64,000 nt of DNA from assembly GCA_003344405.1 (NCBI GenBank), contig NOWV01000190.1:62001-126000 (forward strand), in the 5' to 3' direction. Each line of letters opens with the position of its first letter. The first letter of the stretch is position 1. This DNA comes from Trichoplax sp. H2 (Eukaryota). The notes under the pieces are model-generated. The model worked only from the letters and a program-made list of their open reading frames with translations, was not told the origin of the DNA and did not search any database. The position numbers and the translations under genes are program-made. Shown piece by piece: positions 38,201-52,000 of this stretch.

Positions 38201-41200
38201 TATTTCTGAACTTTGTTTATCAACTATAACAGCGATCAAGAAACCGAATCAGAAAACGTGAGCGATAATATTAGCATTAAAGCTTTCATTATACCAATAG
38301 GAATAGATTGTGATAGTAGTAGGGCATTAAGTAATTTCAGCATATGAAATGAAGCAATTTAGAACTTAAGGTATGATATTATACGCAGAATCTTAAGAAA
38401 ATATTTTTTGAATATCGCTGCATTCGATATTACTGGAATGAAAAGCAGCAAACATTTTTACCTTTAAGGTAATATCATCATTGATATTTTAGTTAGTTCA
38501 ATCTGAAAGTAATATATCGAAGCATATGACTAGTAGTTTAAGTAATTCTAGATGTTAAATTGATTAGCTTTAGCTTTGCGATCGCCAGCAATTATTTGCA
38601 TCCGGCATACTAACCCAATTATGTAATTTTGAAATCATTTATTACTTTACTTATTTGTTTCCGATATTATGAACCAGAGGACTTGAGACAGGCTGTACTT
38701 GTCGTGAAATACGATATTATTTATCGAACGGTCTTTCTAATCAACAAGCATGCAGAAGGTACAAGAATGAATTTGAATTATTATAACTATTGACCAATAG
38801 TCAATAGTCTTGTTGTAATTCAACTTGGTATTCTAGTTATCACTATAATGCATCTCAGTCAGCAAAATTTTTAATTCTAGACTGCATACTTACAAGCAAA
38901 ATTTGATCGATGTAACGGTAAAAAGCTACCTTCACCTTCTTGTTGAAGAGGTTCAATTCATTTCAGATTGCTATTTTCTAACCATTACATGAAAAGGAGT
39001 ACTTCTGACGTTACAATTTACGCAATAATATTAATTAAGGCATAAAGAATTACTGTGCAGTCTATTCTAGCAGATGGCACTGTTATTTAATTTGATGTTA
39101 TTACTTATAAAATTCTTCATCTAGGTCCTCAACCCATTCTACGTTTTTCAAATATTTAGCATTATCTTTTGGATGGCTGATTACTATTATTATTATGCCT
39201 CCTGCATTCTAACCATGTCGCTGTTTTCCATTATTACAACATTGATACAAACACATTTGGTAAAACTTCTAACCAATACGTTTCATGAGCATAAAATTAA
39301 ACCTAGTAGGTATCCTATCAATTGGAGTTCTTTAACACTTACTTGCAAATTACAGAATCGTGAGCGATTAAGAAAAATGGTGGCTACTTCTTCAGATGTG
39401 CAAGTTATCCGAAGTGATTCTAGTTTGTGAAAAATTATATTTGGAAATATTTTAAAACGTAGATCGTTTGTTCGTCTGTATTACAAAATAATAATAATAA
39501 TCTATGACTAGATGTCCCTCAAGATTTATCAAGTACTGATCTCGTCCCTGGTGACTTAATTATTATACCGACAAAAGGCATTAGGATGGAATGCGATGTG
39601 GTATTAATATCTGGTAATTGCGTTGTTAATGAAAGTTCCTTAACAGGTATCGATATAATGTAGATTGGTTTTCGAGTTTATCTGAAGTTATTTATAATAA
39701 GTTTCCTTTTCTCCGTTTAACGTTTAATATAAATGACTAAGCGATATTCCAAACTAGGGGAGAGTAATCCATTTTTGAAAACTGAACTAATCGAATTTGG
39801 AGTAGAAGCGGATGCAGCTTATAATCCTAACGTTCATAAGCAGCATACTCTATTTGCAGGAACACAAGTTCTTCAAGCGCGTAGTTTAAAGGATTCGCAC
39901 GTGATGGCTATCGTTATCCGAACAGGTTAGCAAATGTTCATAAGAAATTGATTTCATAACACTTAGTCATGGTAAGTTCTGTAAATACTTTATAATAATT
40001 AAGGCATTGAAATATTTTTTTAAATTAGGCTTTTATACGCTGAAAGGAAACCTAGTTCGTGATATTTTATATCCTAAGCCAATGGATTTAAAATTATATC
40101 GAGACGCTTACGGTTTCTTAAGCTGTATGGCAGTATTAGGTAGATGTAACGAATAAAGCAATTGAGCAGCCTATTAATTACGAATTTGTTTTAACATATC
40201 TATTTTATATTATGGCCTTTCCAGCGGTTGCAGGCATGATATACAGTGTAGCTATTCTAATCCGAAATAATGTTAGTAAAAAAATAATTAATTGATGTTA
40301 ATTACAATTAAAATCAGAATAACTACTTCAATTTAAATGTCTGTTCAGTCCGAACGAGCTGATTCGAGCTTGAGTTGATTCCTATTTACCTTATGGCTTC
40401 TTCTATTGATATTTGATCATTAATTATTTTCTCTAAATAAATGTAAGCGTGTTTGATTTCTAGCCGATATTGTTCTTTCTTTATTTCTCCTTTCATAAGC
40501 TTAATTCTCAAATTTAACTCTGCATATTAAATTACGGACGAATATGAAATCTACAAATTCAAAATTAACTCTTATATCTACATCTTCCGCTGGCATATGT
40601 TAGCATGTAGTTGGATTTATAGTAAATGTTTTCCCTTAAGCTTACTGAAATGTTTCATTCTATATGTTAGGTAAGCACGCTTCGAATCATTGCACGAGTT
40701 GTCGACGTTATTACCATTGCTGTTCCTCCAGCTTTACCTGTTGCTCTATCAATTGGAGCTGGATATGCTTCTTATCGATTGAAAAAATCTGGAATCTACT
40801 GCATCAATCCTTCGAGGTAGTTGCTAAATATCGAAATTTGACGCTTGAATTTTTAGTAAACGGTTAATTTGGGATTTTAAAATATCTATATATATAAATG
40901 AAAATGTGAGCGTCGATATTGATCCTAATCTTTTCAAATGCAGGATCAATTTAAGTGGAAAAATCGATTTAGTATGTTTCGATAAGGTAGAGCTGATCCA
41001 ATTCTAATACGGTGGTAAATATAATAAGATAGTAAACATGCTTTAATGCAAAGTACACCTTAAATTGCATTAGACAGGTACACTTACTGAAGATTTTGCT
41101 GAATTTAGTGGTGTGCGAGCATCAGCAAATGGAAGGTCAACTACACTTAGGAACATCGATATTTAAGTTAATTGCACCATTTACATAAAGCATACGCTAA

Positions 41201-44200
41201 TGTAGGTTATACAAATGTTGGATTACTTTAGATTCTTGGATATGTGGACAGAACTTGAAGGTCATCTGCACGATATAGTAACCACTGTGATGGCTACTTG
41301 CCATTCTTTAACGTGGCTTCGAAATGAAATATGTGGCGATCCAACTAAGATCGCCATGTTTCATGCATCGAAATGGGTACACTACTCTCTATAGAAAAAT
41401 TTCATCCATTCAAATTCCGAGAATAAGATACGATTTTTTAGTAATCCACATATTGATACAACTTAGCTGTTAGACGATAGTATTAAAGAAGGCTATCTTC
41501 ATGAAAACCTGACTATTCAATCCTTGATCAGAGTACCGCCTGAGTCTAGTGACAATCAGCAAGTAATTCTTTTAGATGTTTTTAATTTATCATCTATCTA
41601 TCTCATTTCACTTTATTTGCCTTAATAGAAAGAATGCTATTTTCTTATAATTTTAAATCAGAATCAGCTTTATGGTATTTTGAAACGATTTGAATTTACT
41701 TCAGAGTTAAAGCGTATGTCGGTCATAATTCATAATGACAAAACCAGAGATCTAGAGTTGGTTATGAAAGGTGCTCCTGAAACAGTTATACATTATTGTA
41801 ATGCCAATTCAGGTAGCCAAATTGTCGCTTAGTTATTTATAGCTCCTGAAATTTACCAAGGATGTTACTTTTTCTCAACAATATAAATTAAATACAGATT
41901 ATTCATTAATTTCTCTAGTTCCGGATGATTTTCTTACCATTTTGGAATCATATACGAGTCAAGGGTGTCGTATTCTAGGTTTAGCGCATAAACCATTAAA
42001 ATCTGACTTGTCATGGCAAAATATTAAGGAATTATCTCGGTCAGTAGCGTTAATTTATATTATCGTGTACAGTATAGGATTAATTTCAGCAATTATTGTA
42101 ATATAATTATAGCGAATAAATCTTTTCTTTTCCAGTCATAGTTTGGAGCAAAATATGTCTTTCGTCGGACTATTAATCTTGCGAAACAAATTAAAACCTG
42201 AAACGTTTAATACCATTAAGGATTTAGCAGTTGCTAATATCAGAACTGTGATGATTACAGGTTTATTTAACGACAAAATAGCCAGGTAACGATCTTTAAT
42301 AGTAGCAACTAAGTTTTAAAAGCGTTAAATTTATTTTATGACAGGCGATAATCTAGAGACCGCTATTAAAGTTGCTGAGGAATGTGAAATTATACAAACC
42401 TGTGACAATCTGGATTATTTAGCAGTTGAAGATGTAGACGACGATCTAGGGAAACCAAATCTGATCTATAAAAGACTAAAGTCTTTCAGAGAGGACCAGG
42501 TATAAGCTACTAAAAGAGAGTATAGTGAAATAATCTTTTTACATCAATAAAATAACTCATAAATTCTCCCCATACAAGGTTAATTTTGATTCGGAGTTTG
42601 GCCATGAGCGAAACTGTAAAATCGCTTGTACTGGAAACACTCTTGATTTAATAAGCAAAATACAGCCGGAGCATCTCAATAAGGCATCTTGACCATAGTC
42701 AATTACTAGATCTACAATAATTTTAAAAGTATCCAAGAATAATTGACATAACTATCTCCAATGTTCCACATATAGCTATTAGAAAAAGGAGCCATCTTTG
42801 CTCGCTGTTGTCCAAAACAGAAAGCTCAGCTAGTAGAATTTTTTAAGGATTTAGGGTTAGATAATAATATAAGTAATAATATATGATCACTATCTCTCCA
42901 GGAATCTGAGTGTCCGTTTTATAAAATTCATTTATACCTTAGTTACTTTGTTGGGATGTGCGGTGATGGAGCCAACGATTGCGGGGTAGATATTCAGTTT
43001 CATCAATAATTTGAAATTTCCATTTAAGTAGCTGTTCATTACAAATAATAGGCTTTAAAAGCGGCACATGCTGGTATATCTCTATCAGAAGCAGAAGCGT
43101 CTATAGCATCGCCCTTCACATCCAAAGTAAGAACTATCGTATTTTGTAGTTACCATACTTGGCTTGTATTCAAATAATTTATAGATTCCAGTGGATTTAA
43201 AGTTAAGGCAAAGCATATAAACTACTTATACCTCGAGCGGCATTTATTATACCTTATTATAAAATGTCGACGATTGCTTGTAAAATTTATTTATGAAATC
43301 TCTCTGTAGAACTGCTTCTATATGATTTGATTGCAATAACTCATCATTTTGACAAATATTTATAAGTCTTGACTAATTGGCTACACAATCTATAATTTTT
43401 AAAACCTTTCCATTCTATTATTAAATTTAATTTATATTTTAAATTTTAGATCGCAAACATTTCTTGTGTTATAACCTTGATTAGGTCAGTTGAATAATCT
43501 AATTAAATCTAATTATTAAAGTACGATCTTGTAGCTGTTATTTCTTACAATTTTCTTGCTTAGGTTAATGTTAAAATGCTTCATGAATGTCAAATTCACG
43601 ATAATAAAATCACTACTTTATCATTAGAGAAGGTCGAGCAGCTCTGACAACATCCTTTAGCGTTTTTATGTATCTTGCTCTTTCCAGTATGATTCAATTT
43701 TTAACAATCATGATTTTATATTGGGTAGGTCATTATGTGCCAAACATTTCTTCTTACAGAATTTATCGATTTACAATCCTATTTAATCTATTTTACATTT
43801 ATTTCCTACAGTTTGCTGCAGTCCTAGGAGATTTACAATTTCTGTACATAGATTTATTTCTGGTATTTTTTTTTGTACTTGCAAGTAAGTAAAGTACTTT
43901 GTTCTATAAAATCATATATTAATGCAGTAGTGAAAATAAGACACAAGATGCCAATTCTATTTTTAAATTAATATAATAAAAAATGATAGAAAACTATTCC
44001 TAAACGTATTTATCCATATTGCTCTTGGCATTTATTTAGTGAGTAGGGCATTGCCATATCCGAAACTATCTCCACTTAGGCCAAACATTTCCCTTCTAAG
44101 TTTAGAAACTCTGGTGACTGTCTCAGTACTGATTACTATTATTATTGCTGGTCAAGCCTTTAATTATGTCTTTTTAGCTGTACAACCTTGGTAAGTAGTT

Positions 44201-45002
44201 AGAAATAGTTCTTTTTCATTGAAAATTAACTTTTCGAACGATGGAAACGAAATTTGAAAAATGTTTGAACTTCTTTACGTTATCCATACCACTACAGGTA
44301 CAGCGTTAGTTACGAAACAAAAAATGGTTTACTTAAGATGGAATCTTATGAATCAACAACCCTATTTTATTATTCATGCTACCAGTATATTTGGTTAGCT
44401 GTCGTTTTGCTCCCTGGTCCACCCTTCCAGGAGCGTGTATATAAAAACTGTAAACTCATACTTACAGCTTCAAAATAACAGCGTGATTCCTGTAATAATA
44501 CGTTTAGTACTAAGCTTGAATTTTAATGATTACTTACGTAGGGTTATTGATGCTTACGTTGATATCGTCATTACTTATAACAACAATAATAGTTATTTAT
44601 CCTGGTCAAGCACTACAGTCTTTCAAGGTTTGACAGTTGTAGTCACTAAGTAATAACTAAGCCATTTAACTGCAATTATGCAGTAGTTCTCAGATTTAAA
44701 AATTTCTTATATAAAAACGCTATTAAAGGGCATTTCTATTTTTAGTTAAAAGTCATAAATGACTATCGTTTTAAAACCTATTTAATAATAATGGGCCTAG
44801 TGTATCTTGGACTTTCCTTAATGTTTAAGGTAAGCTGATATATATAGATCATGTAGCATATAAAGATAACCGGATGAAATATCAAGTTCATAGTTAAAAA
44901 CTTTTAAAAAACTTTTAGGCATTCATCAAAACAATGATCAAGATAATTGACGATTCAGCATCAATAGGTTCATCTATGAGACCTAAAATTAAAATCTTAT
45001 AA
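35263..45002 (+). CDS. P5B-type P-type ATPase (ATP13A2/3-like), copy 2, multi-exon
   Basis: Probable ATG at 35263 (MQ|APNR...[14 protein letters not shown]), [44 protein letters not shown] (40975-41088), [38 protein letters not shown]. Stop TAA at 45000-45002. The intron positions checked match copy 1. Confidence 0.9.
36026..36440 (-). mobile_element. Solo LTR, family A copy 2, in an intron of ATPase copy 2
   Basis: TGTGAG...CTTACA. TSD TCCTC/GCCTC (4 of 5 match; 36021-36025 / 36441-36445). Minus-strand AATAAA at 36073-36078. Confidence 0.9.
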
Positions 45003-45150
45003 GAAAATGATCTTACTCCGTGAAATCTCATAAGAAACTTTTCTCAAAATTTGAAAGTTCTGTGTTTGCTGGTGTTTATTGTATCCTCAAAAATTTCATA
45101 TTTTCATACAATAGAAAATGATGCTACAGGTAGAGAAAAAATTGCGTACT

Positions 45151-45609
45151 TGTAGTGATGCACCCTATATTTGCTTGTAGCGATAGCTATATTTGATTGT
45201 GTTGTGTACTATATTTAGAATAGTTAAGTTTCTAAAAATAGATATTCTTGTGCTGCTAGATTTAGGTGACTGGTAACTACTATATTAGAAAGTGTTATTC
45301 ACTAATATAGCTGTTAACTAATTATGGTACAGGACGTTATACGACTTGAAATACTAAGATTGTAAAGATGCCCAATACCTTACGGTGTTGGACATTAATG
45401 GTAAAGTAATAATATTGTAAGCAGTTTGATTAATACTGTAAAATGTAGTGATGATTCNNNNNNNNNNNNNNNNNNNNTCAGATTACTTTAGACTAGATTC
45501 TTGTGAGTAATTAATTATTGCTGTACTATTCTTTAGAACCTTGTAATAAAAAGCTTTTATAGTACTGGATTCCTCTGTGGACTAAAATTACTGTGAAAAC
45601 GATATTACA
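45151..45609 (+). mobile_element. LTR element, family B-like (solo LTR or collapsed longer element; contains an N gap)
   Basis: TGTAGTG...ATTACA termini as in 5009-5425. Perfect TSD GTACT (45146-45150 / 45610-45614). AATAAA at 45545-45550. Empty-site version at 45819-45823. Confidence 0.85.
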
Positions 45610-45661
45610 GTACTACCGAGCAAGTTTACTAATAATGTCTCNNNNNNNNNNNNNNNNNNNN

Positions 45662-45850
45662 TTAAAATCTTATAAGAAAATGATCTTACTCCGTGAAATC
45701 TCATAAGAAACTGTTCTCAAAATTTGAAAGTTCTGTGTTTGCTGGTGTTTATTGTATCCTCAAAAATTTCATGTTTTCATACAATAGAAAATGATGCTAC
45801 AGGTAGAGAAAAAATTACGTACTACCGAGCAAGTTTACTAATAGTGTCTC
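45662..45850. repeat. Duplicate of the ATPase 3' flank lacking the LTR (empty allele)
   Basis: 45662-45823 matches 44989-45150, and 45819-45850 matches 45610-45641, joined through a single GTACT. Confidence 0.85.
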
Positions 45851-46099
45851 CAGAAGTTTTACAGCACTTTCTGCAGTCGATAAAAAATTTATTTTTATAT
45901 TGCTTTCCTACTAATATGTTAAACTTATAAAAAATATTAATTTACGTACAGAACCATACTAACACATGCATATTTAATTAAAATGTTTGTAAAATTAAGA
46001 TTCTTTGATGGTTATAATTTTAATATGACTAATCCTATAAAGTGTCACTACTAATTTCTATTCTAGAGTTTTAATTGAAAGTATCATCAATTTCTGTAT

Positions 46100-49000
46100 A
46101 CTAGTGCGCCTGAATTTCTTCTAATTCTAGTAAAAATTTGAGCACATTCATCTTTCTGATGATGAAGATACTTATGACGGGTATGATGCAATCAAATAAA
46201 TTTGCGTCAAAATTCAAATACAATGTTTTATTTCGGCACGGAAGTCAATTTTTGAATTATACTAGAAATGACTTGCAAAATAACATATGGCCAAGAAATA
46301 AAGCAGCGAAACTTATTATATATATATGTATATATATATATATAAAGCAGCTCTGACAGTGTAAACGCCTTGATATTTAAATTTAATACATTCCATACTT
46401 GCTTGTAGCCGAAAGTATTTTAAATCTTTGATACCATACCATTTCATATACAGCATTCTATCAACATCTAAGCATGAGGAGACAGTCTTAAAGCAGAATA
46501 TTTCAAATCAAAAAATATTCGGATATTAACTATTACCTATATTGCATAAATGTCCTCCATGTAGTCGGAATTCATGCAGTTTTTACCGCTATATCGTTGT
46601 AAACTCATAATACAGATACACTGATAGCTAGAAAAATGTACCCATAACTCCATCATGTATGACGTAATTTAAATTGCAGTTAATTATAGAATTATCATTT
46701 TAGGACAATACATTTAGTATCTTCGCTAGCGATATTATTGTATGACCTCATACATGATGCACTTCTATAATATTTTCTCCGTGAAAGAGATTATGAGTAT
46801 AAACATTTCAGAAAGAGACACAAGCTTAAATTAGCGCTAGCCATATTAAATTAGCGGCTGTACACTACTTCAAGGCACTAATCGCAGCTTAGCATCCTTC
46901 AGGGAGAAATTGTTAATAGAAATGACAGTACACAGCAGAAATTATACGATTTTTAATCATATCAGGAAACTATGGTAGGCATCATGTAATAGAAAGCTCA
47001 ACTAATTTTTTTAATGATGCTATAGCCGTAATCACGGTCACGGCAAATGAAATAATTCAGATTTCTACTGCCTTTAATTTTACGAGAATTATGAATGACT
47101 GGAGACTCGAAAATTTGTAACAATTCAAAATTAAAATTATTATATATGTATACTTTACTCTCTTGAATAAATACAAACAAATTATTAAACCATAAGCGAT
47201 CGACCTTGTCAAGTGGAAAATTACAGTTAATGTACTGAATTTCGTTGGCTTTCAATACTAGCCATGGATATTCATCGTATATCTAGAAATAGAGTCACAA
47301 AATTACCACAATAATGATATTTGAAATTATCATCAGAACGAACTATATCCAACTGTTGACTTACAACAAGTTCTTCTCCTTTTCGGACAAGAAAATAAAC
47401 ACCACCTGGGCGCAAAGAAGCACTCTAAATGTAGGATTAGTAATTCATATCAAACGGTTTCAAAGGCAACAGAATTTTGTATTGTTACAGTTATTACATC
47501 AATGATTAGTTTACTGTTTCATCCTTGACATCATTTAAAGGGGTTGTACTTACATCAAGTTGTTTAAAGTCTTGATCACCTAGCTCTTCTTTCATAATTG
47601 ATTCATTCTCAATATCATAAATATCAGTTACGTAAATGTCTAATTCATCTGGAGATACTAAAATTCTACATGCATAGATACTATCTCGCCAATATTTCAT
47701 GAATAAAGTTTGATAGACCTCATAAACTGTTTCGTGAGCTAGTCGAAAAACCTAATTTTGACGGATAATTATTTTCGTTAGGTTAAGTTCTAGAAAAGAT
47801 AGTTATATATCGCATTCATTTATAGCTAACAGTTATCTTTCATTTTCTTAATTTATTTGTATCTAATGTTGTGAATGATTAATCATTTATTTAAAATTAA
47901 GATAGAGTTAATGATATTATATAGTATACCTTTAAAAACTGTTGATCCTTCCACGTGCGATAATAAAATATAGCATGTTGGTCATCAATATAAGTCAGTC
48001 TTCGCTGCGAATATTCCTCATTATAGCGACAAAAGCATGCAACAACTCGTCCACTACTTCGTTTGATCATTGTAATCATCAAATCATGGGTATCCTAAAA
48101 AAATATTGATTATAAGCTGATTTCATATGTATAGCTTTATGAAATGACAAACCAGAATGCAAGACTAAGTATGATTATTGTCATTAATTAGCATAGCTAA
48201 AGTTTACTAACAAAATCACGATCGTCCCAAACCAATATGAAGGTATCATCCAATGATCGGTATCGTAAGTGTGTTAGATATATCTTTTTGCTGACGAGTA
48301 TAGTTTGTGTGGAAGTCCATTTATGTACCTCGATTTCAGCGACATCTTTGAACTAAAGAAAATGAGACAAATTAATAATGACATTAAAATATTCAGTTTT
48401 AGCATATTTGAATATTATATCTACCATTTACTTCCATGAATATTTAAGGTATATAATAATTTAAGTTTTCAATAGAAAATATTTCTAATCGCAATCTGTT
48501 AATAAAACCTTTGAACCAACTATTATACAATTATAAATTAATTGATCATTGATGTTTGAAAATTATTTTGATTTCATAATGTTATGATAAAAATCGAAGG
48601 TATTAGAAATCAGTAAGTGCTTACACTAGTTATTATATGCCAATGATTTACATCAAGGTTTTCTAGGCAACAATTATTATTGCATAAATATCTCTCGATA
48701 ACAATAAATCCTTTTAAGTCCCCAATCAAGCGGACATCAAATTTTGAAGAATCATGAGGCCCATAAATATCTAACATGCTACTCTTTTCTGATTCTAATG
48801 TCTCTCCACGACGTACCTATTGGCATAACAACAGTATCATTGAAATTATAATCATGAACTGAATGTTTTAGCAATTTAATTACAAAATCTTTAGCTGAAG
48901 AACTAATAACATTATTAGCTAAGGAACAATTAATTAGCAACGAAGAAACCTCAGTTTACAAAGAAGTCTAATAAAATACGACATATCGAAATCGTCAGTT

Positions 49001-52000
49001 TCCATCAAAATGATTCCTAGTAGTATGATATTTAATAATAGCTATGGTTTCACGATTGTGTGTATGATTTTAGTAATTACTATTTTCAATACAATGTTAT
49101 ACTATAAGAATATCTAAGGTTAAACGAAAGGCAGCTTTATAACAAAATAGAAATTGTCTGGAATTTACTAGCCTAGAATTATATTACGAAATATCTATTG
49201 CAGAGTCATAATTATATTGAAAAGCTCTGATCTTGCCTGAGAATTTATGATTTATTATTAAATATCTCAATTGCTGTTTACTTTGGTAATAAATTACCTT
49301 GACTTTTATATGATTATCTTCTGTTTTAATAATATTAACTACAATAGGACAGTTATCAATAAAATCGAAATCCGACGCTATTATTTCACCATCTTGTTTA
49401 CTCCTTTTAGAATTGACGGTTTTAATTCCTCGATTCGGCGAATGCATATTATTTGCTTGCGACATTCTAGAGGTTACATTCCAAACCTTATCAGGAATAA
49501 TTAATGATGTTGCAGAAATTTGTTGACTTGGCTCAATGTCAGAATAGCTAGTAAAAAATGGCGTATTATTATGTTATAAATATATATAAAAGCTACTGAT
49601 TTATGGACATAATATACACTATTAAAGTTCTACTGATTAAAAACAAAATTTCTTTATGCACAGCATGATAAAAACCTACCCTGCTAGAAAAATGATAAAA
49701 AAGTCTTCTGACAAGCGTGTATTATAACTAGCAGTCTTGAAAATTGGTCAAAACCATATATGTCTAAGAGTAAAACTTACATTAAGTGGTAATAGATACT
49801 TGCAGAATTTGCTTGAAGAGTTTTAGCAATCTGATAAGCCTGTTCGTAGACAGGACTATCATTACTAAGCCAGTTTAGAAGAAATTGTATAAAGTCCACT
49901 GAATCTTGATTAAGAAATATCCCATACTGTTGTAATAGCTGATAGAACTGATTTAATTTATCCTGAGACTCCTGTATGATAAAATTAGTTGTACACTTTA
50001 ATAGCCACAAATTCATTAATTTTCACTTATATCCCTATCTTGATTAGATGCATAAGGTATTCTTACAATGCAAAAAAAACTTTTAAAACGTAAACAAAAT
50101 AACTATTCAAGTATTTCCGAGACTACATCGCATCTAACATTTAAAGTATAAGTAATTGTTAATCTAGGATATTTCAAGGTAAAATGTTTGAATATAATTG
50201 GAATTTCTATTTAATTGGATAAAGAATTTAAATAAAGATTTATGCAATATAATAGCCCAATTTTATATGACATCTAGCTCAAAATTAGTAATCCTTCTTT
50301 AATTGGTTTAATTTTTTACTGGATTAGTTATGTAATTTTTTATGATCTATTGCTGGTCTTACCAACTAAGAATCATATTTAACAATGATCATTTTACCTT
50401 AACTGATACATGTTGATAAATAACTCGTAGATTGAATAGTAAGCCCCAAACAGTTTTGCAAATTTTAACAGTTGCATTAATCCATTTTATATCTGTCAAT
50501 AGTATTTCTACTATTTTATATGCTGATGCTTGCAGAGCATGGTCGATAATATATCGGTAGAAATAACCGTCATCCTCATGACGATACCATTCATAACCAT
50601 ATTTCAATTCTGTATTGGTGATTAAAACCGTATTCAATGCTTTAACCATAGAATTTGAAGAAGAGGTATGCAAACTTTCTTCATCTATAGATTTTTGGAG
50701 ATAATCCATGACAATATTATGTAGTAAGCAATAGCCCCTATTAAGAAATATATTAATACTTTATTAATTTCAAATTAGTATGGATTTTATAATGTCAGCT
50801 CTGATATCATGAAGCGATTATAAACTCGGTAAGTAGCTAATTCTTAAGAAATTTTGATGCACATACCTTAATATATTTCGATGGTCTAATTGTTGATAAT
50901 ATGTCAGCAACGATCTCTCTTGTAGCTGTTGAAGAAGTTTTATAGTTTCATGTTCAGAATAATTCCACAAAATGGTAATCATACTGATGGGAATCCTTAT
51001 ACTACGAAAAACGCCCAGCAGCCTAAACAATTCCCTTCTCTCTTCTGATAAATTATTTAAAGCACATGATATTAAGACATCTAATTTATCATTTAATGAT
51101 TTGTGACGCCCAATACTGATCTCTTCTTCATCAATTATTGCTTTGATATCATTCCATTTATATCGATCATGAAATTCAATTCGTCTAATAATAGATACAG
51201 CGAGAGGTAACCCTAAATAAATTTGATAAATCTCCATATATTGATCGGCATGATGGGAATTTGCATGATGCTTCTTGCTAATCATAGGTTGCTTGCCCTT
51301 CGAGCTTAAGATTTGTACAGTTTCTGCATAGGTAAAATTCTATTTATGGATTGCATTAAATTCATCATTATTAGTAGTGGTTGCAAAACGATAATGTTAT
51401 TTTAATGATAATAATTAATACCGGAATTTTGACTAGCGTGTAGTTTAATTTTAATTCTGGATCAACGTTACGCGTTATCACAATCGATTTCGAAGCAAAC
51501 TGAAAATATCTAAAGTAGGAAGCATCCCAAACATCATCGAAAATGAAAACTGATTCGGAAGTTTTCCTGTTTCCTAAATAAATTTAAATAATAATGTATA
51601 TGTATATTACCAGATTGGTGAACTTGATTTTGCTCATGATTTAAAAACTTAGATAATGAAATATACTGCCATTAAATAATTTACATCCTTTACATTACTT
51701 TTTAAAAACTGATTAAGGCATTTAACAACTTGATGCAGCTTTTGTGGCAGTTCGTCCGCAGACATTCGTAAACGAAGGCATAAAGATCTTAAAGTCTCAA
51801 ATAATGTTTCTTGGTCAATATTACCTATAATAAACAAATAAATTTAAATTTAATCGTATCTTACAAGATTTAATAAACTGATTTATGACATATCGAAATT
51901 TTAACTCTCTAGTCTAAGCGAACCTACCTATGTGAATCCAATATGCTCCATAAGGCAAATCGTTGATATTGCTTACTAAATGTCGTATAGCTTTGCTAAC

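Noticed and set aside
46316-46344. (TA)n tract
   Set aside because: Ordinary short microsatellite.
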